A program made the translations under genes and the position numbers. The notes beneath the pieces were generated by a model. The model searched no databases and was not told where the DNA came from. It was given only the letters and a program-made list of their open reading frames with translations. Below, piece after piece: positions 50,771-64,000 of a stretch of DNA of 64,000 nucleotides. This DNA comes from Octopus vulgaris (Eukaryota): the NCBI GenBank assembly GCA_951406725.2, contig OX597826.1, forward strand, positions 19,468,001-19,532,000. Reading direction: 5' to 3'. How positions within the stretch are numbered: position 1 is the first letter of the stretch; every line of letters starts with the position of its first letter.

Positions 50771-51930
50771 CTGCATGTATAGATAAAGGACAAATGAGGA
50801 AACCAGGATTAAGTGCGACAATTTATTCAACCCGTTAAAAAGAGTTAAGACAGCAAAGCTGTTGAAATACATCGTGAAGAAATGGTCTGAATATATACAC
50901 AAAGGTTTAACATGCAGTTGGTACATAATGATTGTGTATAGATTGTGGATAGAACAGGAAAAGCAAATATGAGACATAACTTCTGCTGGAGGACAGAAAC
51001 AATATACACATTGAAAGAATAGCTGAGACTGCCTCCAGAATAAAACTTATTCTTTGCCGAAGATCTAAACTCCACCATGCAACTAAGGAGAATAGTGGGA
51101 AAGGCTTCATTAAATAGCTGATGGTAGGCTCTCAGTGAAGAGGCATAAATTGGCACATGTGACTGGTTTAGCACGTGGTCTCATTGGATGACTTAAAGCA
51201 TCCAATCTGCACAAACGGTCATGTGACCACTTGTATAAAATAGGTAAACTACACCAATTGGCAACTAATTAAGTCTAGACAGCCAAATAATAAACATAGC
51301 ATCTGCTACAATCCTAACCACTCAGCCACTTCATTACACACACAATGAAACATGTACACACACATATATGCATATTCTTGAAAGTTTCCAGTTCATAGAA
51401 ACAAGCGTAACCACATAATACTGGGTGTTTGTATGTGTATAAGTGTGTGTGTACATATATGTGTGTGCACACATTGCAGCTGTGTGTGTATGTACACACA
51501 CATGCGCATGTGCACATTTTTGCACTCTTGAAAGTAAAACACCAAGTTAATCCTGCTCAAGCACTATATCAACAATGCTACAAATGTTAGTAATTATGGT
51601 GAAGTTCACAGCACAGAAATAGTCACGTGCTTGTTTCAGTACACAGGTGCATGACTGAGTTTATAAATGGAGATATTAAACATTCATTTTTCAGTTATAT
51701 TCTGGGGAAAAAGAATATTCATGTCTTGTTTAAGTGCTCTTTCTTTTGTGTGTTTATATGTTATTATGCATTTGAACAGTGGAAATTTGCCTGTGCAAAC
51801 AACTTAATGTGCACATGTCTATGTATGTATGTATGTATGTATGCATGTATGTATTATATGTGCAGATTTGTATGTTTTGTGTATGTCTTCTCATGTATAT
51901 AGTTGCATATCTAGACATGCTCATATATAC

Positions 51931-52265
51931 TCAAATGATAAACTTCTGGAAAGTTTTAAGGACTTTTACAGTTCCAGTGATGGATTGGATCTGTAGTGTT
52001 TGAATCAGATTTCTCCTTTCTGGTTTTGAAAAGCCTAATTTCTCAAGATTGGTATTTAGACAGTGTGTTACGTATCCCAGTGCCCCAATAATTACAGTTA
52101 TAAACCTGAACTTATAATCTGGATAGAGTAGTTGTAGATTCCTAAATAGTTCAGCATAGGTATTTTCTTTTTCACTGACCTTTATGTTAACATCTGCTGG
52201 GCAGCTAATTTCCACAACTGTACAGAGTTTCTCTTCTCTGTCCCAAATGACTTTATCAGATCTCT
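51931..52265 (-). mobile_element. R4/Dong-like RLE endonuclease 3' end
   Basis: DKVIWDREEKLCTVVEISCPADVNI..EKENTY..IIGALG; followed by a (CATA)n tract on the minus strand. Confidence 0.78.
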
Positions 52266-52743
52266 TATGTATAGAGAAAGAGCCAGTTCCTAACCTAGAT
52301 TCAATGCTCCTTCATTGAAATTTCAACATCAACAATTTCCAATGCATGATATCTAAAATGGGATGAAAAGAGTAATGGCTAATTTCAATAATTTCTTCTC
52401 TTTAACAGCAGTAAGAGAGCCACTCCAGCAGATCGTGAAGAAGCTGCAAAGAATATTTCATGATGAGTTTTTAGATTTAGTTGAGTTTCATTAATTTCAT
52501 ATCATGCGCCATTTTTCCATGATCCTCTTTCATTTGACCTAGACATCTTAAATTTTTATCACATTTCTGATCTTTCTGGTGTTTAAGGATGTTATTTAAG
52601 TGTATGAGTCTTTTTCAAATAAAACAGTGAATTGAAGCAGTAAATTTACCTTATCTTGTCTTATTCATGTTGCCATTACCAAAATTGTCTTTTATATGCT
52701 CAAAAAGAATGGCAATAATTTTCTGTAATAGAGTTCTGAATAT

Positions 52744-52965
52744 TTCGGTTTTGGCTTTAGTTTGCTAGATTCTTTATATGAGTTCGTGTGTTGAAGTATA
52801 TTCTGTTGTGTCTGGGGAGAATCATTTTCTTTTTGTGCCTTATAATTTAACACACTCACTGGTCAAATTTCCACTTATTTTTTATTTTAATTTTCCTAAA
52901 ATTTGACCGGTGAGTGTGTTACATTATAAGGGAAAAAAAGAAACTGACTCTCCCCAGATACAACA
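52744..52965. mobile_element. Short element with internal inversion, flanked by a direct repeat
   Basis: agttctgaatat at 52732-52743 and 52965-52976. 52804-52866 is inverted at 52903-52966. Same family as 25141-25962. Confidence 0.65.
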
Positions 52966-53639
52966 GTTCTGAATATGTTATAGTGCATTCAGAGAAGGTC
53001 ATTTGCTTGGCTGATATAGATTTTGTAAGGTATTGAACATTTGTAAAAAAAATTTTTTTTTTCGCGAAGTCAAAAATGCATTAAATACTCCTCATTTTGA
53101 ACCCCACCCCCCTATATATTCTATATACATGAATTATGTTGACATAAGATCTGAATTAAGTAACATACATATGAATTTATTAGTTATGTCAAATGGACTT
53201 TGAAGCCTGTATTCTATGATCCCATGAATTACGTTGAGTATTGAATCAAGGATTCTATCCCAAAATACTTATGTTGACTGACCACTAAAGGATTTATCCA
53301 GCACATACTAACATTCAGCAGTTTGGATATGGAAGCAGTATTCTACATTCATGAATTTAATGACTGGGCTTTTGCTGAATTACTAAGTTATGGGGATGTA
53401 AACACACCAACACTAGTTGTCAAATGGTGGTAAGGGACAGACACAGACACAAAGATATTCTTTTATTCTTTAGTTGAACCCATTGACCCCAGAAGTTATT
53501 CTTTGTAAGCCAAGTACTTATTCTATCAGTCTCTTTTGCCAAACCTGTAAGTGTACAGGAATGTAAACACACACACACAAGCATCAGTTGTCAAGCGATG
53601 ATGAGCGGGGGGGACAGACACACAAACATATACATGTAT

Positions 53640-56600
53640 ATATCATCATCATCATCATCGATCAACATCCGTTTTCCATGGGTAGGACGGTTCGACCAGG
53701 ATCTGGGAAGCCAGGAGGCTGCACCAGGCTCCAGTCTGATCTGGAAGTGTGTCTACAGCTGGATGCCCTTCATAACGCCAACCAGGGTCCAGAGGAGGCT
53801 GGAAACAGCCACGATTGGTTGGTGCTTTTTACGTGCCACTGGCACGGACGCCAGTCAAAGCTGCACTGGCCACATTCGGATGGTGCTTTTTACGTGCCAC
53901 CAGCATGGGTATCATAACTACAATTTCCTTTTGATTTTTATTTTGATGTTGATTTACTTGACACAATGTCTCCTCAAGCACAGCAGGTCACCCTACAATC
54001 CAAAGTAAGCACATCAGGCTGTCCTGCAAGCCATGAACTCACTTCATTTGTCGGGTCTTCGCAGTCACAGCATATCTCCAGAGGTCTCGGTCTTTCGTCA
54101 TTGCTTCTGTGAGGCCTCAACGTTCAAAGGTCATGCTTCACCACCTCATCTCATGTCTTCCTGGGTCTACCTCTACCCCAGATTCCTTCAACTGTTTGGG
54201 AGCAGCACTTCTTCATACATCTCTCCTCATCCATCTGTAGTACATGACCATACCAACGCAAACGTCTCTCTTGCATGCCACATCTGATGCGTCTTATGTC
54301 CAACATTTCTCTTAGAGCGCTTACACTGTCGTGTATGCACATTGACATTACACATCCAGCAGATCATGCTAGTTTCGTTTCTTTCGAGCCTACACATGTC
54401 CTCTGCAGTCACAGCCCATGTTTCACTGCTGTGAAACATGGCAGTTCGCACACATGCGTTGTACAATCTACCTTTCACCCTGAGCGAGAGACCCTTTGTC
54501 ACCAGTAGAGGTAGAAGTTTTCTAAACTTTGCCCAGGCTATTCTTATTCAAGTGGTAACACTCTCTGAGCATCCACCCCCACTACTAACTTGGTCACCTA
54601 GGTAGCAGAAGTTTCTCTACCTGGAGTGTGATGGAATCTGTTTTCTAAGTCTCTGAGGTGTCTATTGCCCCTGTGCATCTGCCACACACAAAAGCTATCT
54701 TCTCAATTAATTTTCCTTTGATCTTGCTGCACCTCTTATGTGTCCATAGCTTACACTGGGTACATCTTATGGAGTTTCTACCTACACCTTTTCTACAGAT
54801 CGAGCAGAGCCACCTACCTGAGGGGGTGTGTGATGAGTTCGCCTTCCTACTTACTAGAACTTTGGTCTTTGCTACATTGACTCTAAGGCTTTTTGATTCT
54901 AAACCTTGTTTCCACACCCAAAATTTCTTTTCTAGTTCCGGTAGTGATTCTGCTATGAGAGCCAGGTCATCAGCATAGAAGAGCTCCCAGGGGCAACCTG
55001 TTTTGAATTCCTCTGTTATTGCCTGGAGGACTATGATAAATAAAAGGGGACTGAGGGCCGAACCTTGGTGGACCCCTACTTCTACCTGGAATTCTTCGCT
55101 ATACTCATTGCCAATCCTAACCTTACTAGCAGCCTCTCTGTAAAGGGCCTGTACAGCCCTTATTAACCATTTGTCTATCTCCAGTTTCCACATCGCCCAC
55201 CAGATAAGGGATCAGGGGACCCTGTCAAAGGCTTTCTCCAAGTCCACAAAAGCTAAGTATAGAGGTTTATCCTTAGCAAGGTATTTCTCCTGCAGTTGTC
55301 GAACTAGGAATATGGCATCAGTGGTGCTTCTACCCAGCACAAAACTGAACTGCATCTCATCTAAGCAGACACTCTCCCTAATGACATGGGCTATGACCCT
55401 CTCCGTGACCTTCATCACCTGATCCAGCAGTTTGATACCCTTATGGTTATTTCTATCTAGAGCATCACCTTTACCCTTGTAGCAGTTGACTATGGTGCTG
55501 CTATGCCAGTCATTGGGTATGATTCCATTATGGACTACAATGCGGTTGACTAGGCCATAGCCCACACCACCAGATGTTTTAAGCATCTCAGCAGGGATTC
55601 CTGATAGGCTGGGGGCTTTTCCTGACTTCATACCCTTGATTGCTTTATCTACTAGGGAGCTGTCTATTCGAATAGCTGGTCTCTCTACTGGATCAACATT
55701 TCGCAGACTCTCCTTCTCCAATTCATTCTCCACATTCAGCAGTCTTTCATAATGACTTCTCCAAGCCTCTTTCTTTTCAGAATCATTAAAAGCAAGTGCG
55801 GACATATTTCTCTCCTGTGACATCACACACTGTTTTGCAATTCTAAATACCTCAGTTCTTTGGTCCTCACGTTGCTAGACATTGGCAAGCTTCTTCTTTT
55901 CCACTTCGCCCTTGGCTATGTATACCTGCTGCCCAGCCTCCCTTTTGGCTACCGGGTACAGTTCCCTGCTACCCCCACCCTTCCAGGCTTTCCAGGCCTG
56001 TTTCTTTGCTCTAATGGCTTTGTTTACCATACTATTCCACCACCATGTAACTGTAGATCTAGAAGGGACTTTGCACCATCCACAGACTTGGTCTGTGGCA
56101 CTCGGCAAGCTGTCCTGTAGGAATTTCCAGCTACCTTCTATGTCCAATGTCAGTAGCGCCTCCTCCTTCTCCTCAAATTTCTTGATTAGGATGTCCCTAA
56201 ATCTCTGACCATGTGAAGAGTTCTTTAGCTTCCTAATCCTTCTTTTTTGGATTGGTCTGCTTCTTGGTATCCTGGCCTTGTGCCTAAAGTCACTAATGAC
56301 TAGCCTATGCTGGGGGGTACATTCTTCACCCAGGAGGGTCTTTGCATTTAAGAGCAACCCTGCGTCCCGCTGTCTGGTGAGGATGAAATTAATCTGGATA
56401 GCAGAGTCCCCTGATTGATAGGTTATAAGGTGGCTGTCTGGCTTCCTGAAGTTAGTGTTGCAGATTAAAAGGTTACATGCATCACAGAAGTCGGGTTCCA
56501 ATACCATGGCCACCATATACCCCAGTGAAGATACCAGATTCCCACCCAACATGCCCATTAAAGTCTCCAGCCACAAAGATGAGGTCATTGCCACCCGTCT

Positions 56601-56900
56601 TTGAGGTAGCCTGTATAAGGGTATCATAAAAGTGGTCCTTCTGATGATTTGGTAGCCCCGCATGTGGGACGTAGGCAGAGATAATTGTAGCTGTGCTGTT
56701 CTGCAGGACTAGCCTGAGCTTAAGCACTCTATCACATACCCTAACAACCTCTATGACTTTATCCACCCATTTTTCCACAAGGTGTATGCCTACACTCCCT
56801 ACACCATCCATGTTACCTTGCAAGAAGACTTTATACCTATGTGCCTTGTCTGTGAGAACCCTACCTGAAGCTCATCTCCATCTTACCTCTTGTATGCAGC
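53640..56900 (-). mobile_element. Degenerate about 3.2-kb RTE (BovB-like) LINE inserted into a family A SINE
   Basis: AGDFNGHVG, LICNTNF, YLAFVDLEKAFDRVP, GVHQGSALSP, YADD, RRLRWYGHV. SINE 3' half at about 53455-53640 and 5' half at about 56905-57052 flank it. Confidence 0.9.
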
Positions 56901-57053
56901 AATATATATACAACAGGTTTATTTCAGTTTCTGTCTACCAAATACACTCACAAGGATTTGGTTGGTCTGAAGCTATAGAAGACACTTGCCTAAGATGCCA
57001 CACAGTGGGACTGAACCCGGAACTATGTGGTTGGTAACAGCCACTCCTGTGCC

Positions 57054-57085
<32 letters not shown>

Positions 57086-57934
57086 AGAAAAAATAAGTTC
57101 AAAAAAAACCAATCCAAACTTTTTGAAGGATCCAAAAAGAGAGAAAAAGTAATTTCCAATAAAAATGAAAATAACAATTGAAAAAGATGCCATAAACAAG
57201 TATAAAAATGGAGAAAAAATGTTAAAATCAAAATTGGATTTAATACAAAAGACAATACAAATATGTAAGAATAATAATAATAATAATGATAATAATAATA
57301 ATAATAATAATTATAATTAAAGTTATGCATTGTCATTCTCATCAGTGTGAAGAATTTAAGGAAGAACATCAAAAAGGTTATTAATAAAAGTCAATAAGGA
57401 AAAACAGAGTAATTGGGAAAAGTTCAACCGGATATTTACAAACAAGTTGTAAAAAGGAAAAATAATAATAGGAGAGACGAAAAAGAAAGACATATCAATG
57501 TGTATGCAAGTCTATCTGTGCAAAAATCTATAACTTAAAAAGTCTAACGGATATATTTTTAAAAAACATAGCAAAAGATCGAGATGAACCATAATGTAAA
57601 CAACCACACGTGTGTCTAGCACATATAAACAACACATTCACTAACAGAAAAAAGCCATAGAGAGTCACACATATGCATATTTATATTGAAAATGGAAAAA
57701 TCTATTACAAGAAGTGTCTAGCTAAATAATAAACTATATTTAAAATTGATTCAATATTTGAACAGTTATGGGTATTAAGCAACAACAAATCTCTGACCGA
57801 GATATAAACTGTAGCAGCAACACAACATTGTGAAGTATATTTGGCACTTAAATGTGGCTAACCCATATGGGACGATACTACCATAGTTTATAGCTCCATA
57901 TGGGTCAGCCACAGTTAAGTGGCAAATATACTTC

Positions 57935-58323
<389 letters not shown>

Positions 58324-58351
58324 GGGCTTCTTTCAATTTCTGTCTACCAAA

Positions 58352-60450
58352 TCCCCTCTAAACATCAAGAGTCTATACACGGTGATCCTTCACCATGAGG
58401 GGCTGTGTGCACTCCAACATTTCCTTGACTTTCAATCCAATCCCCAACCTGACACAGCTACACTCTTTCATCTGGCCAAACTTGTTCTCTCACTTAACTG
58501 CTTTTCGTTCACGGCTGATTTTTACCAGCAGGTCTTGGGAGTGGCCATGGGAATGAGAATGGGCTTTAACTATGTGAACCTGTTCGTTGGCTATGGTGAG
58601 GCCCAAATATTCTCAAGATTCACTGGTCCCACTCCTGAACTATATGGTCGTTATATTGACAACTGTATCAGTGTGACCTCAATATCCCACGAACATCTAG
58701 ACTCTTTCCTCTCTTTTGTCAAATCTTGCCCACTACTTCCGCACTATTTCCGACACCTCAGTTGCCTTTCTCAACATTTCGGTCAGCATTCATCACTCCA
58801 CTCTCACCACCTCCATCCACTACAAACACACAAACTCAACTTCTCCTCCTCCCACCCTAAACACACCAAGCTCTGCATCCCCTATTCCCAATTCCTCTGT
58901 CTATGTAGGCTCTGCAGTGACAACCATGACTGAGACTCAGTCTCAACTCATGGCTCGCCACTTCATCCTATATGGATATCCCCTCGCCACTATCCACACT
59001 ACCCTTGCCAGAGCATGTTCCATGGACTGTGCATCTGCTCTCTCCCCACGTACCTGCCCTGCTGTCAGCCATCTCCCGTTCTTCCTTACCTACCACCCCA
59101 CCACCCTACCTCTCCAATGCACTTTTCCCTGAGCCTTCCGGTGACTCCAGTCCAACCCCTCCACTTCACACATCTTCCCTAACCAACCCCTCCCCTCCAT
59201 CAAAAGAGCTCACAATCTGCGAGACCTCTTGGTCCACAGCTTCTTTCCTAACCCAACCTACCAGCCCGGCTCAGTTCCCTGCTCCTGCCCATGCTGCCAC
59301 ACTTGCTCTTACGTCTCCAGCATCACCCTCCTCACAGGCACCAATCATCGACCCTATCATATCACTGACACCTTCACCTGCACTTCTAGCAACGTCATCT
59401 ACTGCATCTCCTGCTCTTTCTGTCCTTCTCTATACATCGGTCAAACGGGACGCCACTTGGCTGACCGGTTCGCAGAACAACTCCGAGACATCCGACTCAG
59501 CAACAACACCCCGGTCTTGCACCATTTTTGCTCTACCAGTCACTCTTTACAACACCTGTGTTTGGACCATCCTTGCACAGAGGCCATCCGGACTCCTGTC
59601 TTCACCGTGAGCAGGGATTAATCTTCTCTCTTCACTCCTTTGTGCCACATGGGCTCAACTCTACTTCCCACTTCATCTAACCCTCCTCCTCTCTCCTCTC
59701 TTCTTCTTACACCTACTTCCTCCCACCTACCTCTCCTTTCTTGCTCTGACACCTACTTTCTTTTTTCACTCCTACCCACCTTCTCCATTCCACCCTCTTC
59801 CTTCAGCGTCACCCCTCCTCACTACCTTACCCCTATACATTCCAACCCCACCATCCCTATACATCCCATCCCACCCCATCCCATCTCTTAGACCCCACTC
59901 TCGCCTCCCCCACACCCCAACACCACCACACCACACACAACCACACCACATCACACCACACCACACCACATCACACCACTCCACACACACTAGCACTGAC
60001 CACTTCCCAGCACCCACACCAGCACATTCACTAGCACTGACCATCACCTACACCATCATCCACACACCTACACATGCATACACACACACGTCAATGTCAC
60101 CAGCCCACTTCCATATGCATGTACATGCACATGCACATACATGCACATGCACATACATGCTCTCACATAAACATACACGCGCCTTTGTTTTGGGATCACC
60201 ACTACTTTATTATCTCCCCTTCTTCCTAGCTCTCCTGTGTGACCCCTCTGTCTGGCATTTGCCATGATAGATCGTTAACCACTATACCTTTCTCTATTTT
60301 CTCTCCTTGTTTATTTCTGTGTTCCTTTCTGTCGAAGAGCATAGGCTCAAAACATAAAAGATTTTCTTACTTCCTGAGCGTTAAACTAATATGTCCGTTT
60401 GTTGTTTACACACCCGTCTTTGTCTTTTGTATTTTTGTTCATTCTCACTG
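58352..60450 (+). mobile_element. 5'-truncated Penelope-like element (Neptune-type) with C-rich 3' region
   Basis: [39 protein letters not shown], linker PCSCPCCHTC, GIY-YIG NVIYCISC..LYIGQTGR..RFAEQ. Degenerate HHR-like motif at about 60325-60360. Confidence 0.85.
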
Positions 60451-60458
60451 TGTGTGTT

Positions 60459-60491
<33 letters not shown>

Positions 60492-60813
60492 GTCGCTGTG
60501 TCTGTCCGCCACCACTATATGACAACTGGTGTTGATATGCTTATGTCCCTGTAACTTAGCAGTTTGGTAAACTATGATGAATTAGCAATAAAATCAGTAT
60601 TCTATAATCACATAAATTATATTGAATGGGTTCTGAAGCAAGAATTGTAAGAATACATAAGATATATATAAACTAAATACTGAAGCAAATAATCTATGAA
60701 AATATACCTTATGCTAACTGAGCACTCTTAATAAAGAAGTTATGTATATTGAGTATTAAAAAAAAGATTCTATGTTTAAATGTGTTGACTGAGTATGAAT
60801 TAAGTATTTTATG

Positions 60814-60959
60814 TACATTATTTACATTTGACAGATATTTGTCCTCATCTTGTTTGTTGTTAACACAACGTTTCGGCTGATATACACTCCAGCCTTCATC
60901 GGGTGCCTTGGGGAAATTTTGAATCTGGGTTCTCATTCCTAAGGTATTTCTCGATGTTG

Positions 60960-60999
<40 letters not shown>

Positions 61000-61010
61000 G
61001 ATCATTATGA

Positions 61011-61058
<48 letters not shown>

Positions 61059-61192
61059 TCACTGCCTGGAATCAAACGTGGAATCTTGAGGTTAGTAGTC
61101 TGTGCTCTTAAACACTATACCATATGCCCATGGGCATATGGTGTCAAATGTAAATAATGTACAAAATTCCTCATCTCTTAAATATAGAACTG
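60814..61192 (-). mobile_element. SINE family C copy with inverted tail fragment and 12-bp TSD
   Basis: Head 61057-61129, HHR 60862-60907, inverted 3' piece 61143-61190. TSD aagtattttatg at 60802-60813 and 61193-61204. Confidence 0.8.
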
Positions 61193-62216
61193 AAGTATTT
61201 TATGAATACACAAGTTGACAGAATACTGAAGTATGTATTCTATAATAATATATGTCATGTTGACTGAGCATTTAAATAAGAGCATTTAAACAAATCGGGT
61301 TGACTGAGTATTGCAGTATTGAATTGAAGTGAAGCTTACAATTGAAGCCTTACAGCTTTAGCAACTAGGATCATGGCACGTTTTGATCAAGTCACATGTC
61401 CTGAATACCAACCAATCAGCTTGCAGAAATATCACCCCATGTTTTAGAATGCTTTATCATGTTCTAGATGTTTCTGTGTGAAAAGGGAATAAGGGGCATA
61501 ATATAAGCAATAACACAGTCAAGAAAAGTGCAAACATCTAAGAAAGTTCCAGGTAAGATATTCTTGATATCTATTCCATCGCTGTTTAAAAGAGCCTCTT
61601 CACCTCACTTCTCCTAATATGTACTGTGAATACAATATCCTCATCTCTTGCCACACAAATAAGTAGCCAGCCAGTAATTGGTCAAAATAAACCAGAAGTG
61701 CACATAGGTTATACAGATCACTAGTCCTTCAGATGCAAGTACTTATTCAACTTTGAGTAAAAGGAATCATTGGTTGTGAAGAATGGAGTATTTCTCCCAC
61801 TTCTCATGCAAAGCATTTATTTTCTGTTATTAATGTAATTACTTTCTACATCTGGCACAATAAACTACTGAGAAGCATCCATATAATTATGTAAATGATA
61901 TATTTCTGTAAAAATTTTATAAGCAAACATTTGGAATTGGTTTCATAGGGGACAGCATCGAGCTAAACATGATTCCCATTTACACCTTTTCTCCACAATG
62001 ATGACCTGTGGCATTCACAGCCTTACATCACATCAATATATCAAGACCCATTTAACTAAAGTCACAATGGTGACCCACTGTGTTCAACCAGCACAATATC
62101 GAATGCAACATTAGAAAGTGCAGCCAAACCAACAACCTTCCACATTGGTAACCAAGATGTGTAAACAAGCTGTTAACAATGATGACTTTCAGCAACCAGA
62201 GAAAGGCCAACAACTA

Positions 62217-63506
62217 CGAGGGGCGTTCAATAAGTAATGCCCCTGACCCACTTCCCATAGCAGTAGAGCAACGAAAATTGGCACAGTTATTAGTCTTTTT
62301 CTACATAGGAACCACCCAGAGTTACGCATTTCTCCCATTGCTTAATGCAGCTCTGGAGACCGTTTTTGTATAAGACCCCAGCTTGGTCCTCCAACCACGA
62401 CGTGACTTCAGAAATCAAGGCTGCATCATCTGGGAAACGCTTTCCTTTCAAAAACAACTTCATGACTGGGAAGAGGTGAAAATTAGAGGGTGCAAGGTCA
62501 GGAAAGTAGGGGGATGGGGGAGGAGTTCATAGCCATATGCCTGTGCTTCTGATCTGGTGACAAGCGAGTTTTGGACCGGAGCATTGTCCTGCAGGAGGAG
62601 GATGCCTTTGCTGATCTTGCCCCGCCTCTTGATTTTGATAACTTCTCTTAATTTCCTCAAAAGTGAAGCATAATAGAATCCTGCAATTGTGGTACCCTTT
62701 GCCAGGAAATCTGTCATCACTACTCCGTCCTGGTCCCAGAAGACTGTGAGCATGACCTTGCCAGCGGAGGGCTGCACCCTTGCCTTCTTTGGAGGGGGTG
62801 AGTCATGGAGCTTCCACTGCATTGACTGGGCTTTGGTCTCTGGATCATAGTGATGGACCCAGGTTTCATCCTGTGTAATCAGTCTTTTGAAAAATTTTGA
62901 CTCATCTTCTTGGCACATCTCCAAATTCACCCTCGAGCACTCGACGTGTTCTTGCTTCTGGAAAGGCGTGAGCAACCTGGGAATCCATCTGGCAGACACC
63001 TTTTGCATATGCAAATGGTCATGAATGATAGTTTCCACAGACCCAGTACTAATCTTGACCTCATGGGTTATTAGGCAAATAAATATGCGTCGATCTTCCA
63101 AAATGGCAGCCTCAACTTGACGGACAGATGCCTCATCAATGGCAGAAGGGGCGACCAGATCTGGGAGCTGTTTCCACAGAGTTCCGACCATGTTTGAATT
63201 CCCGATGCCAGCGTTTTACAAGGTCATATGATGGGGCATCATCACCATAAGTTACTTTCATTTCATCAAAAGTCTCCCGTGGTGTGCGTCCTTTCAAATA
63301 CAAAAACCGCATCACTGCTCGACACTCAACAGGCTCCATTTCACACTTGACTCGGTTCAAACACCTGTAAATCAGAAACCACAATTAATTCAGAGCTGTA
63401 ATTTACCACTTACTCTATAGAGATATAAATGATTGCACATGCAAAATTTCAGCTAGATCAAACAACTGCAAGTGGGTCAGAGGCATTACTTATTGAACGT
63501 CCCTCG
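62217..63506 (-). mobile_element. Full-length mariner transposon (about 1.29 kb)
   Basis: TIR cgaggggcgttcaataagtaatgcccctgacccact and its reverse complement; TA TSD on both sides. Confidence 0.95.
62290..63339 (-). pseudogene. mariner DD34D transposase, two frameshifts, third Asp mutated to Asn
   Basis: MEPVECRAVMRFLYLKG, RSGRP, WIPRLL, TQDETW, QDNAP, PDLAPSNFHLF, ending YVEKD*. Irritans-like by resemblance. Confidence 0.9.
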
Positions 63507-64000
63507 TATATATTTTACATTGGTAATGCTGATGCTTAACTACATACGTTTCACTTTGCCAATGATGAAAAAAGCTCCTACATTGGATACTTCAGTGCTA
63601 GAAATAGCAGTTAGTACAAGTCACATTAGTGACCACAGATTATATCAACTCAACACTAATATCAACAACTGTTTTACACACATACTTTGCAGAAGAGTTT
63701 TGAAGAACATTTTCATTTTTTACATTCCATTTTGTTTTTGTTCAAAAGTAATTGTGCTCTAACCTACAAATGTCATTAATTCACAAGTACTGTGAAAGCT
63801 TTGCAGCAAGAGACACATCTAAGTTAATACATTTTTTTCCCAATAGATCTCACTTGGAGATACATTCATATGATGCATTCAATCCCTGTAAATGCACTGA
63901 TTTCCATAGATGCCACTTGCAGGAAATTCCATATGCTACATTTAGTACCAGCAAATACACTCATTTCCTGCACACCTCACTTGCAATCACATACATGCAT

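Noticed and set aside
57245-57350. Minus-strand CUGAUGA plus a stem enclosing (ATT)n
   Set aside because: No GAAA or GUH after the stem.

Overview
Eukaryotic, AT-rich, repeat-dominated animal DNA. The SINE/LINE landscape suggests a coleoid cephalopod such as Octopus, but this is inference. Host-gene content is limited to one clear minus-strand Sushi/CCP exon (31341-31511) and a possible upstream 5' exon (about 50499-50770). The rest is nested mobile DNA: at least four Penelope-like elements (PLEs), a young near-full-length RTE-like LINE inside an L1/Tx1-like LINE, decayed RTE, R4/Dong and CR1 fragments, Gypsy remnants, a full-length mariner, a non-autonomous Helitron, piggyBac-, Harbinger-, Tc1- and Ginger-like non-autonomous elements, tRNA-derived SINEs and microsatellites. 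A degenerate 23-bp tandem array spans about 12 kb. The most notable signal is a set of hammerhead ribozyme (HHR) motifs. Some are in PLE terminal repeats and have long stem II extensions. Others are in a 3-copy element made of a tRNA-like Pol III head, an (AAT)n spacer and a minimal HHR tail, which looks like a PLE-mobilised, ribozyme-bearing SINE. All alignments and folds were done by eye; boundaries without a stated TSD or TIR are approximate.
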